Both the position numbers and the translations under genes were made by a program. The notes below the pieces were generated by a model, which saw only the letters and a list, made by a program, of their open reading frames with translations, was not told the DNA's origin and searched no databases. Below are positions 40,611-60,200 of a stretch of DNA of 64,000 nucleotides, one piece after another (the stretch's first letter is position 1; each line of letters opens with the position of its first letter). The DNA is from the human T2T-CHM13v2.0 reference genome, Homo sapiens: the NCBI RefSeq assembly GCF_009914755.1, contig NC_060944.1. The stretch is one strand, 5' to 3'.

Positions 40611-41371
40611 GTGAGTGGCCCAGGGCTCGCCTCTGAGGCTGGCGGGAACACCAGGTGACACGGGGCAGAACCAGACCTCCCTGTGTGCCTGGGTCTGTAG
40701 TCAGCTCCCATGGCACATTGGGAACTCTTACAGCCTTGATGGTGGTGCTGGGGCAGCGGGATAGACACAGAAAGCAGCTCTACAGATGGGCTGGCGTGGG
40801 ATCAGCTCAGAGCTCCATCCGTTAGCCATGGGATCGCCTAACTCCTCTGAGCCTCATGCCCTTGGCTGAGCGCCTTGGGTCAGCTCTGGACTGGGCCTTC
40901 TTGATGTGGAGTATGAGACAGAGTGCTAGTTGTGGGGCGCTTTCCTAGGTTCCCAGAGTGGGTGCTGTTCTTGGGCATCTCTTTGCAGGGAAGCCATAAC
41001 TTGGCTTTTTTCATTGTAGGAAGGGACGGAGGCCCAGGCAGCAGGCAGCACCTTGGTCCTGCGTGGAGTCTCTGGGTTGGGCAGGGCAGCTGGGCATGAG
41101 GAGTTGCTTCTGAGGTGTGAGGATAGGAGGGGCTGCTGCCTGAGGCCCTCTGCTCACTCCCACCCACTGGGACCTCTTGTCTGGCCCAGGCTCTGGACAG
41201 GTGCGCCGCATCGGCTGCAGAGGTGGCCTTGGGCTGCACAAGGCTGGAGCTCACCATTCTGGGCTTCTCTCCCATCCTGGCTCCTGCCACCACCCTCTCT
41301 CACTGCCTCAGGGCTCTTCAGTACCTTAAAAAAGTTTGTTTAAAATTTAAAAAAATTATCAACTTTTCTAG

Positions 41372-41768
<397 letters not shown>

Positions 41769-42158
41769 TGAGTGGCATGGCTGTCCTTATTCTCAACAGT
41801 TCCCTACTTAGGGGGCAGTTAGTTTATTTCTTATTTTTTTGACGGGGTGGTCATGATTAATGTTGTTTCAGTAATGTCTTTTCCATATAGGGATTATTTT
41901 CTTTGGCTAGATCCTGATAAGTGCCATTTCTGAGTTAACAGGTCTTCACCAAACGTTCCAGTGCGTTCCAGTTTGCACTGCCCTGTGATACAGGGCAGAG
42001 GAGGTCCTGTTTTCAAAAGTGGCTTATGCTGTAGCAGGGGGCCCTGAACGTCTGTTTTCTCAGTGGATGGAGGGGAGGGGCCAAGGCAGGCTGGAGACCA
42101 CCCTTGGGAGTGGAGGCCCCGGCCTCTCCAGCAGCCCCCAGCTGTGTGCTCCCTACAG

Positions 42159-42386
42159 GTGGTGAGTGGCTGCCTGCGCGGCACAGTGAGTGTGTGGGAG
42201 GTCGTGACGGGCAGGAAGACGATGGAGTTTGCTGTGTCTGGGGGCCAGCACGTGGAGATGACCGCCATGGCCCTGGATGAGTCAGAGCGGTGCCTGCTCA
42301 CAGGTTTGCGGGATGGCACAATGAAGATGTGGAACTACAACATTGGCAAATGCCTGTTGACCTTTCCCAGTCCGGAACAGCTGGAG
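42159..42386 (+). CDS. EFCAB8: EFCAB8 exon M: VVSGCLRGTVSVWEVVTGRKTMEFAVSGGQHVEMTAMALDESERCLLTGLRDGTMKMWNYNIGKCLLTFPSPEQLE
   Basis: ccctacag|GTG ... GAG|gtcagt; 228 nt, phase 0 to 0; two WD repeat ends (VSVWE, MKMWN). Confidence 0.93.
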
Positions 42387-42832
42387 GTCAGTCTTGCTTG
42401 TCAATTACAGCCAGGGACGGCCTCTTGGGAAGCAAAGCACAGCTCCTTTGACCCTGGGATGCACTATTTTTTGTACCTCTCTGAAAGGGTGTTCATCATA
42501 GTCAGGTGGCCTGGCTTCAAACCTCCCTGAGCCTCTGTGTCCTCATGCATGAAATGAAGACAGGTAACAGTGCCTGGACTAATGGGTTTCCACTAAGGTT
42601 AGCTACTGTTGCTCTTTAAATTTGCTAGCACTTCTCATTCCACATACTGGAGCTTTGGATTGCATTTCTAGCAGTGGGATCAGTTAATTCACAGCCACCC
42701 ATGGTCACCCCTATTTGGGAAATGCCTGATGGTATTATAGGGCCAGTCCATGGGAGTGGCATAGGGCAAAGCCAGCAGTTCCACCCTAACTTCTGTGACA
42801 CAGTCCTTTAACCAACTCAGAAAGTGTACTTA

Positions 42833-43277
<445 letters not shown>

Positions 43278-43472
43278 TCACTCCCCTAAGTCCATCAAAT
43301 GAGGGAATAGGATGTGAGAACATGATGACAAATACATGGTGGTATCACCTGTAGGTGATTTTCGTCATCCAGAGATTTGACTTCTTGCTTGGCACCTTTA
43401 GGAAGACATTTAGGGCCCAGAGCCATTTTCTCTGATAAGTTTTCTAGTTCTGTTTTCTTTCATCTTCAACAG

Positions 43473-43543
43473 ATTAGTGGGATTATCCATATGAACAAAG
43501 TGTTCTATGTGACAGGATGGAGTAAGAGAATCACTCATTTCCT
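43473..43543 (+). CDS. EFCAB8: EFCAB8 exon N: ISGIIHMNKVFYVTGWSKRITHF(L)
   Basis: catcttcaacag|ATT ... CT|gtgagt; 71 nt, phase 0 to 2. Confidence 0.88.
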
Positions 43544-43814
43544 GTGAGTAGAAAGCATGTATGGTGAGTAGGTTCCAGTAGCTGCGTGTTCTCTCTCCAG
43601 ATGGGTTCCTCCATTCCTGGCTTTCCTGGTGGTTGGAACACCATGCAGGAAGTTAGTGGTGGTTAATGACTATTGCTTCATCTGCTCATCCATCCATTTA
43701 TTCATTATTCATTGAGGCTAATATATTCTTGGCCTTTTGCTAGGTGCCTGGGATGGGTATAAACAAGAATATTGGAGTCTTCATCCTCCTGGAGTATCTA
43801 TTTCAGTGGGGGAA

Positions 43815-47391
<3,577 letters not shown>

Positions 47392-47979
47392 AGAAGGCAG
47401 GTACTAATCAAATATTAATACTTTCATTTATAATTATAAAGTATATTCAGTGCTGTGAAAAAAAAGTAGGAGTTTCTATGGGGGTTGAATGGGTGGAAAC
47501 CTGATTTCTTCTTGGGGGCGGTGGTCAGGAAAGGCTCAGTGAGGGTGTTGTGGGTGGAGTGCAATCTGAAGCGTGAGAAGGAAGGGTCTCTGTGAAGTCT
47601 TTAGGGTAGGATGAGCATTCCAGGCAGAAGGCACACTATGTTCAAGGTCCCTTTCTTTTTAGGGACCTCTGTAAGGCCACAATGTCCCCCCCCCTTTAAA
47701 CCTTAATCCTTACCTAGGTGTCTGACTGGGGGTGTATTACACATTGACTATCTGTAAGATTAGTTTATGTAAAGCCCCTACAACAGGGCCTTTGTAGAAA
47801 GCATGTAGTAAGCGCTTAGTAAATGAGGTCAATGGGACATGGCTTCAGCCCAGCTCCGACACCTGAGAGTATCCTCCTCTGAGTCGGCTCCCAGAATCCT
47901 CAAGGCTCCAGTGCTTCCCCAATGGATGGAGCATTACAGGCTGAGCTCTCAGCCCTCCTGCCTCTGGCCATATGCACAG

Positions 47980-48184
47980 GTTCCACAAGACCAAGCCAGT
48001 GCTCTTGTGCTACCACTGGCAGACCTACCACACGGAGGACATCCTGAGCATGGCCAAGTACCGGAACCAGTTCCTTGGGACCTCCTCCTACAGTGGGGAC
48101 ATCCTCTTCTGGAACACCGGCACACTCAAGCCCATCTTCAACTTCAATGCCTCTAGGAGCCCCTCGCCCTTGCAGCCCAAGAGG
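47980..48184 (+). CDS. EFCAB8: EFCAB8 exon O: FHKTKPVLLCYHWQTYHTEDILSMAKYRNQFLGTSSYSGDILFWNTGTLKPIFNFNASRSPSPLQPKR
   Basis: tatgcacag|G ... AGG|gtatgt; 205 nt, phase 2 to 0; WD motif H.EDIL...TSSYSGDILFWN. Confidence 0.92.
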
Positions 48185-48628
48185 GTATGTTAACAGGAGC
48201 ACACTCTCCTCCCACCCTTCTCTCAGCTGTGAACCAGAATCCTGTGGGGCAGGGAGGGTGGGGAGCACCCTGGGAAGCAGGAGGGATGATGGCGACTTGT
48301 TCTGGATGGGGTGGGGAGCTTGGTTAGGTAGGTGGTAGTTTCTGTAATTATCCTCATTGGACAGATGAGAAAATGGAGGCACACGGAGATGAAGCACCTT
48401 GCCTAAGGTCACACAGCCAAGAAGGAGTAGACCCAAACCCAGGCAGTCTGACTTCAGAGGCTGGCAGTGCTGGTCCTCCATCTTTAGTAGATTACTCGCT
48501 CCTTTCCCATTGCTACTACACATTACCACTGTGGGCTCCCCAGCAGGGACTTAGGAAACCCATACAGTCTCCAAATTCCCATATCTCAGCAGATCAAAGC
48601 AGGAAGGGACCTTAGGGGCCGCCTCATC

Positions 48629-48790
48629 CAGGGGTTTTCCAAATGTACTGGAGAGAGATGCTTGGAAGCTACTGCAGGGGGGCTCTGGTAGGTGGGGTTT
48701 CCCCCAGAATAGCTCAGCTTTTTATCTGTTTTATGCTTTGGAGCTTCCATTGAGATTAAAGGTAGCCTCAAAAATATTTGGAAACCACTG
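48629..48790. mobile_element. Short hAT-type DNA transposon relic
   Basis: Terminal inverted repeats caggggttttccaaa ... tttggaaaccactg. Confidence 0.55.
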
Positions 48791-49040
48791 TCCATTTTAC
48801 AGATGAGAAGACTTGAGTTCCTCATGGGAGCAGTGTCCTGCCTGTGGGTACTCAGGGCATTGCAGCTGGCCAGGAATGGGGTTAGAAGCTCTGGTCTGAT
48901 GCCTTTAAGGGGGCTAGGTTTCTGGGAAGCAAGCCCTGGGGGGCTGGAGGGCCCTGTGGTGTTGGCATTGATCTGGGGCAGTCCTGAATTTACCTCTACG
49001 ACATTGCAGTGCCTTAGGGGCTGCTTTCTTCTTGGTACAG

Positions 49041-49253
49041 GTGCAAGATGTGAACAACTGCCTGGCTGAGAGCCACAGGCCCAGCAGACCCTATGTGGAG
49101 CGGGAGAAGTGGACATACAAGACCTCCAGGAAGCTCTCCAGTCTCAGCCCCGAGTCTGTGGCCAATACCAACCTGAGGCGGAGCCTGGTGTCGGCTCCCC
49201 CAGTGATGCGGTGCCCGAGAGACAAGGAGCCAGACAGGCCTGTGCCCCAGCAG
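49041..49253 (+). CDS. EFCAB8: EFCAB8 exon P (low-complexity insert): VQDVNNCLAESHRPSRPYVEREKWTYKTSRKLSSLSPESVANTNLRRSLVSAPPVMRCPRDKEPDRPVPQQ
   Basis: cttggtacag|GTG ... CAG|gtggga; 213 nt, phase 0 to 0, open frame. Confidence 0.82.
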
Positions 49254-50152
49254 GTGGGAGCGAGAGCCCAACCAGAAGGCTACCCTCACTCTCTAGCCGC
49301 CGGCGTTCACACACCGTCTGTGTGTGTGTTTTCTTATTGGGATGTACTTTTTCCAAAGTGCCTTTAGGTCCCTCAACTCACTTGTTTTGAGCATTGTGGG
49401 CCTGGGCAGGGCACCCTCTGGTTTTAGTCCCAATGTATCTATCCTGGAGCTGGGGCTAGGTCCCTTTCCAGGGCATGGCTAATACCAGCCCTAAAAGTCT
49501 GAAAGCTGAAAGGCAGGACCCAAAGAGAACACAACCCTGAAAACCTAAAATTGGATGTTAGATCCTGGGCTGCATTCTCAGTCCTCAAGGGCAAGTCACC
49601 TGACCTTGGCCCAGGTGCAGAGGGAGCCATGGGGTCTCACCTGCTTGGAGACCAGGCTGTAAGAGTCTGAGACCCAGACACAGACAAACCACTTTCCTCC
49701 TCCTCTGAGCCTCATCTCTGCCCCAGGACTAGCCCTTCCAAGAATGGCTGACAGTTCTATTTTGCGGGGAGTAGGGAGAAAGAGCAGGAGGAGTTACTGT
49801 TTCCCTACTTGCAGGGGATGGCTTGCCTTTGAACTTTCAGCAGTGAGTACAGTATTCCAACAATCAGTGCAATAATCTCTTGTATGGGGCAGGAGGAACC
49901 AGTGAGATTGTTCTCGTAGTCAAAATCTGATTTCCATTCCTGGGAGCTGAGGCTTGAGTGAGAAACACCACCGTCCCCAAACACACAATAATTGCTAGGC
50001 ATAGGGCAGTCTAGACCTAAATCCAACATGGTCTGCTAGGATATAATTTTGCTGTAAGACGTGTACACTTGACCATAAGACATTCATACCATCTTTGAGT
50101 TATCAGAGGTTACACCACTGTTTTCAAATCTTCTAGGGAAATGGGTGCATAG

Positions 50153-50458
<306 letters not shown>

Positions 50459-50756
50459 TGAACCACCACGACCGACCTTTATCCTCATTTTTAACCAGGA
50501 TGGTCTCTTCCAGGACAAAGGAAGCATCTTCCCCAGAGGCAAACTCAAGTCTCTGCCCCAATTTTGCTCTAGCAAAATTGCTGGGAGCTTAAAGTGGAGG
50601 TTTCCGGGATCCACTGAGCGCTGCTTTTCCCAGGCCAGTGTACCTACTGCGGGGGCTTGGGAGTGCCGCTCTTTTATCATCTTCCTCTGGTCTCTGGTCC
50701 CCTATGGGGAAGGGAAACACCCTCATGGTGACTTGGGTGCCCATCTTTCTTTCCAG

Positions 50757-50894
50757 AAACCTTCCAGTGCTTCTGGCACATCCAGGCAGTCAAGCAAGAT
50801 CCACAGCAAACAGTCCATTTACAAAGAGGATGAAACGAGAAAAGGAGAATGGCAGAAGAATATGTTGGTTCAATCCAGTGCCTCGGTGGAGAAG
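50757..50894 (+). CDS. EFCAB8: EFCAB8 exon Q: [46 protein letters not shown]
   Basis: ctttctttccag|AAA ... AAG|gttggc; 138 nt, phase 0 to 0; ASVEK joins IIFLQTR of the next exon. Confidence 0.83.
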
Positions 50895-51086
50895 GTTGGC
50901 CGTGATCAGCCAGGGAGAGGGATATGAGCTGGGGAGTGGGCGGTCAGGATTGGGTGGTCAGGATGGGGCTCGGGGGCCTGGGCTCGGGGCCCGGCCTGAT
51001 TCTCCCCAGTGCCCGGAAGGCATCTTGGAGAGGATGGAGACGCTCAGGATACTGGAGTCAGGGCTGCGGTGTCTGGGGAGAGCTCC

Positions 51087-51441
51087 TGTATTAATTCGTT
51101 TTCATGCAGCTGATAAAGGCATATCCGAGACTGAGAAGAAAAAGAGGTTTAACTGGACTTATAGTTCCATATGGCTGGGGAAGACCTCACAATCATGGCG
51201 GGAGGCTAAAGGTGCTTCTTACATGGCAGCAGCAAGAGAAAATGAGAAGCAGCAAAAGCGGAAACCCCTGATAAACCCATCAGATCTCGCTGAGACTTGT
51301 TCACTATCATGAGAATGGCATGGGAAGGACCAGCCCCCATGATTCAGTTACCTCCCTCTTGGTCCCTCCCACAACACGGGGGAATTCTGGGAGATACCAT
51401 TCAAGTTGAGATTTGAGTGGGGACACAGCCAAACCATATCA
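51087..51441 (-). mobile_element. THE1 (THE1B/C-like) MaLR solo LTR
   Basis: tgtattaattcgttttcatgc...ggggacacagccaaaccatatca; perfect 5-bp TSD GCTCC on both sides. Confidence 0.9.
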
Positions 51442-52037
51442 GCTCCCAAGGAGGTGGAGTTGGGGTGCCTAGGGAAGTGAGCAGTGTCCCCTCTGGATTG
51501 GGGGTAACAGTGTCCCCTCTGGGAGGGGAGGTAGGGAGGTAGGAGAAGGGGCATCTCCAGACTCTAGTTAGAATGCCCTCCTGTTAACTGGAAGGGTGTT
51601 TTATACCGAACACGAGTTGGGTATGGGTTCATCTTTGTTCTTCCTACTGTACCTTCCCCTTTCTGACCCTGGACACCCCTCACTGTGATACTGACTCCCC
51701 GTCCTGAAAATACAAATCATAGTTGAGTTAGGGTGTGGCTGGCCTGCCCCATCACCCAGGTCCAGGGACCAGGACTTGAGAACAAGAGGGCAGTGCCCTG
51801 AGAGCTGGGTTTTGCAGTGTTGGGAGGGAGAGCAGGAGTGGCTGCACACTCTCCTCCAGGTTCTGATTATTTCTCTCTCCTTTTTTTTTTCTTGAGACAG
51901 GGTCTCACTGTCACCCAGGCTAGAGTACAGTGGTGTGATCACAGCTCATTACAGCCTCAACTCCTGGGCTGAAGTGACCCTCCCACCTCAGCCTTGTGAG
52001 TAGCTGGGACTATAGGCATGCACCATTATGCCCAGCT

Positions 52038-52041
<4 letters not shown>

Positions 52042-52072
<31 letters not shown>
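52042..52072. repeat. (TG)n microsatellite in an Alu linker
   Basis: ~15 uninterrupted TG units. Confidence 0.9.
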
Positions 52073-52075
<3 letters not shown>

Positions 52076-53718
52076 TGTAGAGATGGGGTCTCACTATGCT
52101 GCCCATGCTGGTCTCGAACTCCTGGGCTCAAGTGATCCTCCTGGCTCAGCCTCCCAAAGTGTTGGGATTACAGATGTGAACCATTATACCCAGCCTCTTC
52201 CTTCTCTTTAAAAAAATACCTTAGATAACTTTTAAAAGTAATAATACTAGTTTATAATAAAAAAGGAAGTGTATGTAAATGAAAAAATAAAAATAAAAGT
52301 CCCCTATATCTCACTCACCCTATCCCATCCCACTCTCAACAGCAGCATTCGCTGCTAACAGGTTGGTTTTAGCCTTGTACTTTTTTTTTTTTGACTAGTA
52401 ATATAAAATGATAGCTATGTCCTGCCATATGCTTTTTTCTGTAAGTCTATAGCATGGATATACTTTCATGAGAGGGATTTAGATTCATCTTATTCTTTTG
52501 TTACCTTATTCTTTTTTTTTTTTTTTTTGAGACGGAGTCTTGCTCTGTCACCCAGGCTGGCGTGCAGTGTTGCGATATCAGCTCACTGCACCTCTGCGTC
52601 CTGAGTTCAAGTGATTCTCCTGCCTCAGCCTCCAGAGTAGCTGGGACCATAAGCATGTGCCACCATGCCCAGCTGCTTTTTTATTTCTAGTAGAGTCGGG
52701 GTTTCACCATGTTGGCCAGGCTGGTCTTGAACTCCTGACCTCAGGTGATCCACTGGCCTCGGCTTCCCAAAGTGCTGGGATTACAGGCATTAGCCACCAC
52801 ACCTGGCCATCTTATTCTTTTTAACAACTGCCCACTGCTGCATAACTTGGATGCATCAGGAACTGTGAAGCTGGTCCTCTATGAATAGGTCTGTGGGTTA
52901 GTTCCAGTTTTTAGCTTTTAGGAGCAGCACTGCATTGAACATTCTTGCACGTACATTTCTGGGCACTAGTGTGAGTATATTGAGAGGACGGATTCTTGGA
53001 AACAGAATTGCCAACAGATCCCATCTCTTTAAATCTGTGAAGTCAAGGTAGATGGCTCAAAGCTTGATCTTTTGGGCTAGTGACCTAGTGCTGTCAGGAC
53101 ACAGGCATTCGCTACATGCCAGCCGCTGGGGAAGGAGCAGTGAATGAAAGATATCAAGCCCCTGACCTCTGGAGCTGTCATTCTAGTTGGGGCAAGATAG
53201 ACAATTAACCAGCAAATAAAATAAAGGGCATGTCACAGAGTGAGTGAGGACAATGGAGGACAAGAAAGCCGGGAAGATGGCAGGGAGAACAGACATGGGA
53301 GGAGATGGCATTGCTGTTTTATGAATAGGCTGGTCAGGGAGGGCTTCACAGAGGAGGTGGCATCTGCATAGAGCCTGAAGGAAGCGAGGAAACATGGCCT
53401 GCAGTTATTTGGAAGGAGGGTGATGCAGGCAGAGAAGGTAGGTGCAAGGGCCCACATGGGAGAGCTGGCATGGAATGTTCGAGAATGAGTACTTCTCTCT
53501 CTCTCTCTGTATCTCTCTCTGATACTTTCTTCCTCTAATTAGAAAGTGATACATGTCCTTAATTAAAACTAAAAAAATTCAGGCCAAGAGCAGTGGCTCA
53601 CATCTGTAATCCCAGTCCTTTAGGAGGCCAAAGTGGGAGGACTGCTTGAGCCCAGGAGTTCTAGACCAGCTTGGGCAACATGATGAGACCTCATCTCTAC
53701 AAAAAATTAAAAAAATTA

Positions 53719-54248
<530 letters not shown>

Positions 54249-54752
54249 TCAGCCTCCAGAGGTAATTACGTTAAGACATGTGTTGTAGCCTTCTAGAATT
54301 TTTTTGTGCATATACAAGTACATACATGTATGAATGTATATATATAAATCTAGATATTTTTCACTGGATAATATCATATTGCATGTATTATTCCGGGACT
54401 TGCTGTTTTTCACTTGACTCCTCACGGGCATCTCTTCATGACGGTGTTTACGGAGCCATGGCATTCCTTTTACTAGTCACATCATGTCCTGGGTACACTG
54501 CACAGAGTCTGTATAGCTATCTGCTGCCGCTGGGTTTTGCCTCTATAGAAAGCATTGCAATGAATACCCTTGTACATAAATTTTGGATCTCTTGTCTATT
54601 TCCAGATATAAAACTCTAGGATTAGAAACATACTCCTGGAAAGCTTTTGCTATCTTGCATTATGTTTCAGTGGTAGCTAGTAATTATTGAGCTCTCAATA
54701 TCTGCCAGACAATGAACTTAATGGTTTACATGTGTTATTTTTTGTTTTTTGA

Positions 54753-54857
<105 letters not shown>

Positions 54858-57196
54858 TGAGTATTAATAGCTGGGACCACAGGTGTGTGCTACTGTGCCT
54901 GGCTCATTAAAAAAATATATATTTATAGAGATGGAGTCTCCTTATGTTGCCCAGGCTAGTCTTGACCTTCTGGGCTCAAGCGATCCTCCTGCCTTGGCCT
55001 CCCAAAGTGCTGGGATTACAGGCATAAGCCACCATGCCCAGCTACATGTGTTGTTTTTATTTTGTCCATCAAACAGCCCTGGGAAGTATGTACTATTATT
55101 ATTTATTTATGAGGGATTTTTATTTATTTAATACATCTGAAAAGAATGTATGTGAAAAGAATGTTTAATACATCTGAAAAGAATGTACTATTATTATTAT
55201 TCCCATTTTATGGCTGAAGAAACAGGCCCAATGAGGTGAAGTGACTTGCCCAAGATTCTTATGGCCAGAAAATGGCAGAGCCAGGGCCTGATTCTAGGTC
55301 TATTTGTTTTCAAAGTTCAAGTTCTTTTAAGTTTTTGTGCTGCCACTGTTGGGAATTCCTTGGGCTTTTTACGTGGCCTGGTGATCTGTGTGTAATAAGG
55401 ATTTGTATCATGAATCTTGATTGAATTTTTGGCCACAGAATTGCATGCAAAAGATTGAATGTCTATTGGTGAGATTTGAGGCACTGTGGCTGGCAGGGCT
55501 GTGTGTGTGTGTGTGTCCCCTCTGGATGCTGACCCTCACCCCTGGCTTCAAGATGTACTGTCTCCCACCCGCACCACTCCTTGAGGAGCAGGGTCCCTTC
55601 TCTCTGGGGCACTTGTGGGCACAGTGAAGCATTTTAGGGTGGTGCCCTGGAGAGGGTCCAGAGTGCTTGGGTCATCTCTGATCTCAGCCTTTCCTTAGTG
55701 GAAGAGAGGCTTGGGTGGGCTGGGGTAAGGACACCAGACAGGGAGTGGGTGGGGGTCTTACCTGTTGGGTCTTCCTTCCCATTATTTCTGTCTGGCCATC
55801 CCAGAAGACTGTGAGGCATGGCAGAAAGAGCACTAGGAAGGAGTCCAGGATGCAGATCCAGGCCCAGCTGTGTCCCTGACAGTCTTTATTTTTAATTTTA
55901 CTTATTTATTTATTTTTGAGATGGAGTCTCACTCTGTTGTCCAGGCTGGAGTGCAGTGGCGTGATCTCAGCTCACTGCCACCTCTGTCTCCTGGGTTCAA
56001 GTGATTCTCGTGCCTCAACCTCCTGAGTAGCTGGGATTACAGGTGTGTGCCACCACACCTGGCTAATTTTGTGTTTTTAATGGAGACAGGGTTTCACCAT
56101 GTTGTCCAGGCTGGTCTTGAACTCCTGACCTTAAGTGATCCTCTTGCCTCAGCTTTCCAAAGTGCTGGCATTACAGGCGTAAGCCACCACGCCTAGCTAA
56201 TTTTGGGTTTTTAGTGGAGACGGGGTTTTGCCATGTTGTCCAGGCTTGTCTCGAACTCCTGGCCTCAAGTGATCCTCCTGCCTCAGCCTCCCAAAGTGTT
56301 GGGATTACAGGCGTGAGCCACGGCGCCCAGCCCCTGACAGTCTTTAGATGAAGCACTTGCCCCTGGCCATCTCCCCAGTAGGGAAGGACCAGATGGCACG
56401 CAGTAGAAAATTGCTCCAAGTTACATGAAGTTTAGCCCGTGAGTAGCTTGCCATGGCTCCTTCTGAAGGGACCCACAGGGAGGCCATTAACCCGCTGTGG
56501 TTGAGATACTATCTGGGATTCCTGGGCTGAGTGAGACTGAAATGCTCACCTTCAGTCCAGCAGCTCTTTCCAAAATGAGCAGGGCAATGTATTGGATGGG
56601 GCTGGATGCAGAGTGCAAAAGGAATAGTGTTGGTTACCTGTCCCTCGCAGCCACACGGCTCTGTCCTGCCTAGGGCCACCATTCTGACTGTGCTTTTCTC
56701 ACTGTGAGCACCGGATGCTGGCTACGCAGTTGACCCTGTGCTCTCAGCAGGCCGCCCCTCTCCAGTCCTGCTGAAGTCCTGGGCGCTCATTCACCTTCAC
56801 CCTACCTGCTCTCACCGTCCCAGGGCTGGCAAAGGAATGGCTGGGAAGGATGCCTCAGCTTTTCCCCAGTTCAGACATGGGAGAACTTTGTGGTGCATCA
56901 CTTTGGTGAATCCTGTGCAGTTATGAGGAACCACATTTTAGAAAAATACTTAATCATTGGAATGTGCTTATGACAAAATTTAAAGCACATCCTTTAAAAT
57001 GACAGTTAATGACTACTGTGAAAGTTGTGTGCACGTTAAATTTTTTTTTATGGTTTTGATTTTTCAAACAAAACTGAGAACGTTTGAAACTATTGTTTAT
57101 TTAGCTGTTTGCTTTTTTTTTTTTTTCAAACCTTGCAATTTGTGGTGGACAGTTTTTCCTCTCAGCACATAATAATCTATCCACTTCATTCTTTTT

Positions 57197-57700
57197 TTTT
57201 TTATTATACTTTAAGTTTTAGGGTACATGTGCACAATGTGCAGGTTAGTTACATATGTATACATGTGCCATGCTGGTGCGCTGCACCCACTAACTCGTCA
57301 TTTAGCATTAGGTATATCTCCCAATGCTATCCCTCCCCCCTCCCCCGACCCCACAACAGTCCCCAGAGTGTGATGTTCCCCTTCCTGTGTCCATGTGTTC
57401 TCATTGTTCAATTCCCACCTATGAGTGAGAATATGCGGTGTTTGGTTTTTTGTTCTTGCGATAGTTTACTGAGAATGATGATTTCCAATTTCATCCATGT
57501 CCCTACAAAGGACATGAACTCATCATTTTTTATGGCTGCATAGTATTCCATGGTGTATATGTGCCACATTTTCTTAATCCAGTCTATCATTGTTGGACAT
57601 TTGGGTTGGTTCCAAGTCTTTGCTATTGTGAATAATGCCGCAATAAACATACGTGTGCATGTGTCTTTATAGCAGCATGATTTATAGTCCTTTGGGTATA
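57197..57700 (-). mobile_element. 5'-truncated young LINE-1 (L1PA2/L1PA3-like) 3' end
   Basis: ORF 57408..57704(-) is the ORF2p C-terminus (…FSLIGGN), followed by the L1 3'UTR. It has GAG rather than the Ta-diagnostic ACA. 16-bp TSD CCACTTCATTCTTTTT at 57181-57196 and 57701-57716. Confidence 0.92.
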
Positions 57701-57727
57701 CCACTTCATTCTTTTTAATAGCTTTAT

Positions 57728-57972
57728 ATAGGGACCTATCTAGGTTTTTTGGAGCCTAAAACTTTTGCAAGAAAAATGCACAAAATTATAAAAAATTAGG
57801 TACAAAAGTGAATATTTATTTAGAATGAGAAAAAAGTGTCAACAAATTTCAAAACTTATAAATCTGACAATTACAAAAGTCACCAGAACTTACCAGTTCT
57901 TTCCTAGAACCTTGAACTTAAACTTGAACTTAGCCTTGAGCTTCATGAACTTCACGAGTAAATCTGCCACTG
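57728..57972 (-). mobile_element. hAT-Tip100 (Arthur1-like) relic
   Basis: The end agcttcatgaacttcacgagtaaatctgccactg resembles the Arthur1 terminus as I recall it. Confidence 0.45.
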
Positions 57973-58028
57973 GCTGCAGTGTATTTCTTTGGATTCACCA
58001 TGATTTGTTTATTTATTTATTTATTTAA

Positions 58029-59990
<1,962 letters not shown>

Positions 59991-60094
59991 CTTTGGGCAC
60001 AAGGGACTTCTGGTTTTTGACCCTGGCACCGGGGCCAGTGGGAAGCAGGTTGAACAACTAATTTCGGATTTCTACAACAATAAGGATAATTGAG

Positions 60095-60200
60095 ATTTTT
60101 TTCTTTCTTTTCTTTTCTTTCTTTTCTTTTTTCTCCCTTCCCTCCCCTCCCCTCCCCTCCCCTCCGCTTCTCTTCCCTTCTGTTTTTTTTTTTTTTTCTT
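60095..60200. repeat. Polypyrimidine (TTTC)n/(CCCCT)n tract
   Basis: ~100 nt of nearly pure pyrimidine next to an Alu tail. Confidence 0.8.

Noticed and set aside
47900-49116. Antisense ORFs of 209 aa and 176 aa (also 29120-29710, 34034-34642)
   Set aside because: Shadows of exons, MIR or L2 in GC-rich DNA; no recognisable domain or splice structure
50638-51312. 224-aa plus-strand ORF overlapping exon Q in another frame and running into THE1
   Set aside because: Non-ATG start, no homology I recognise, chimeric intron/LTR content; only the other frame joins the neighbouring exons
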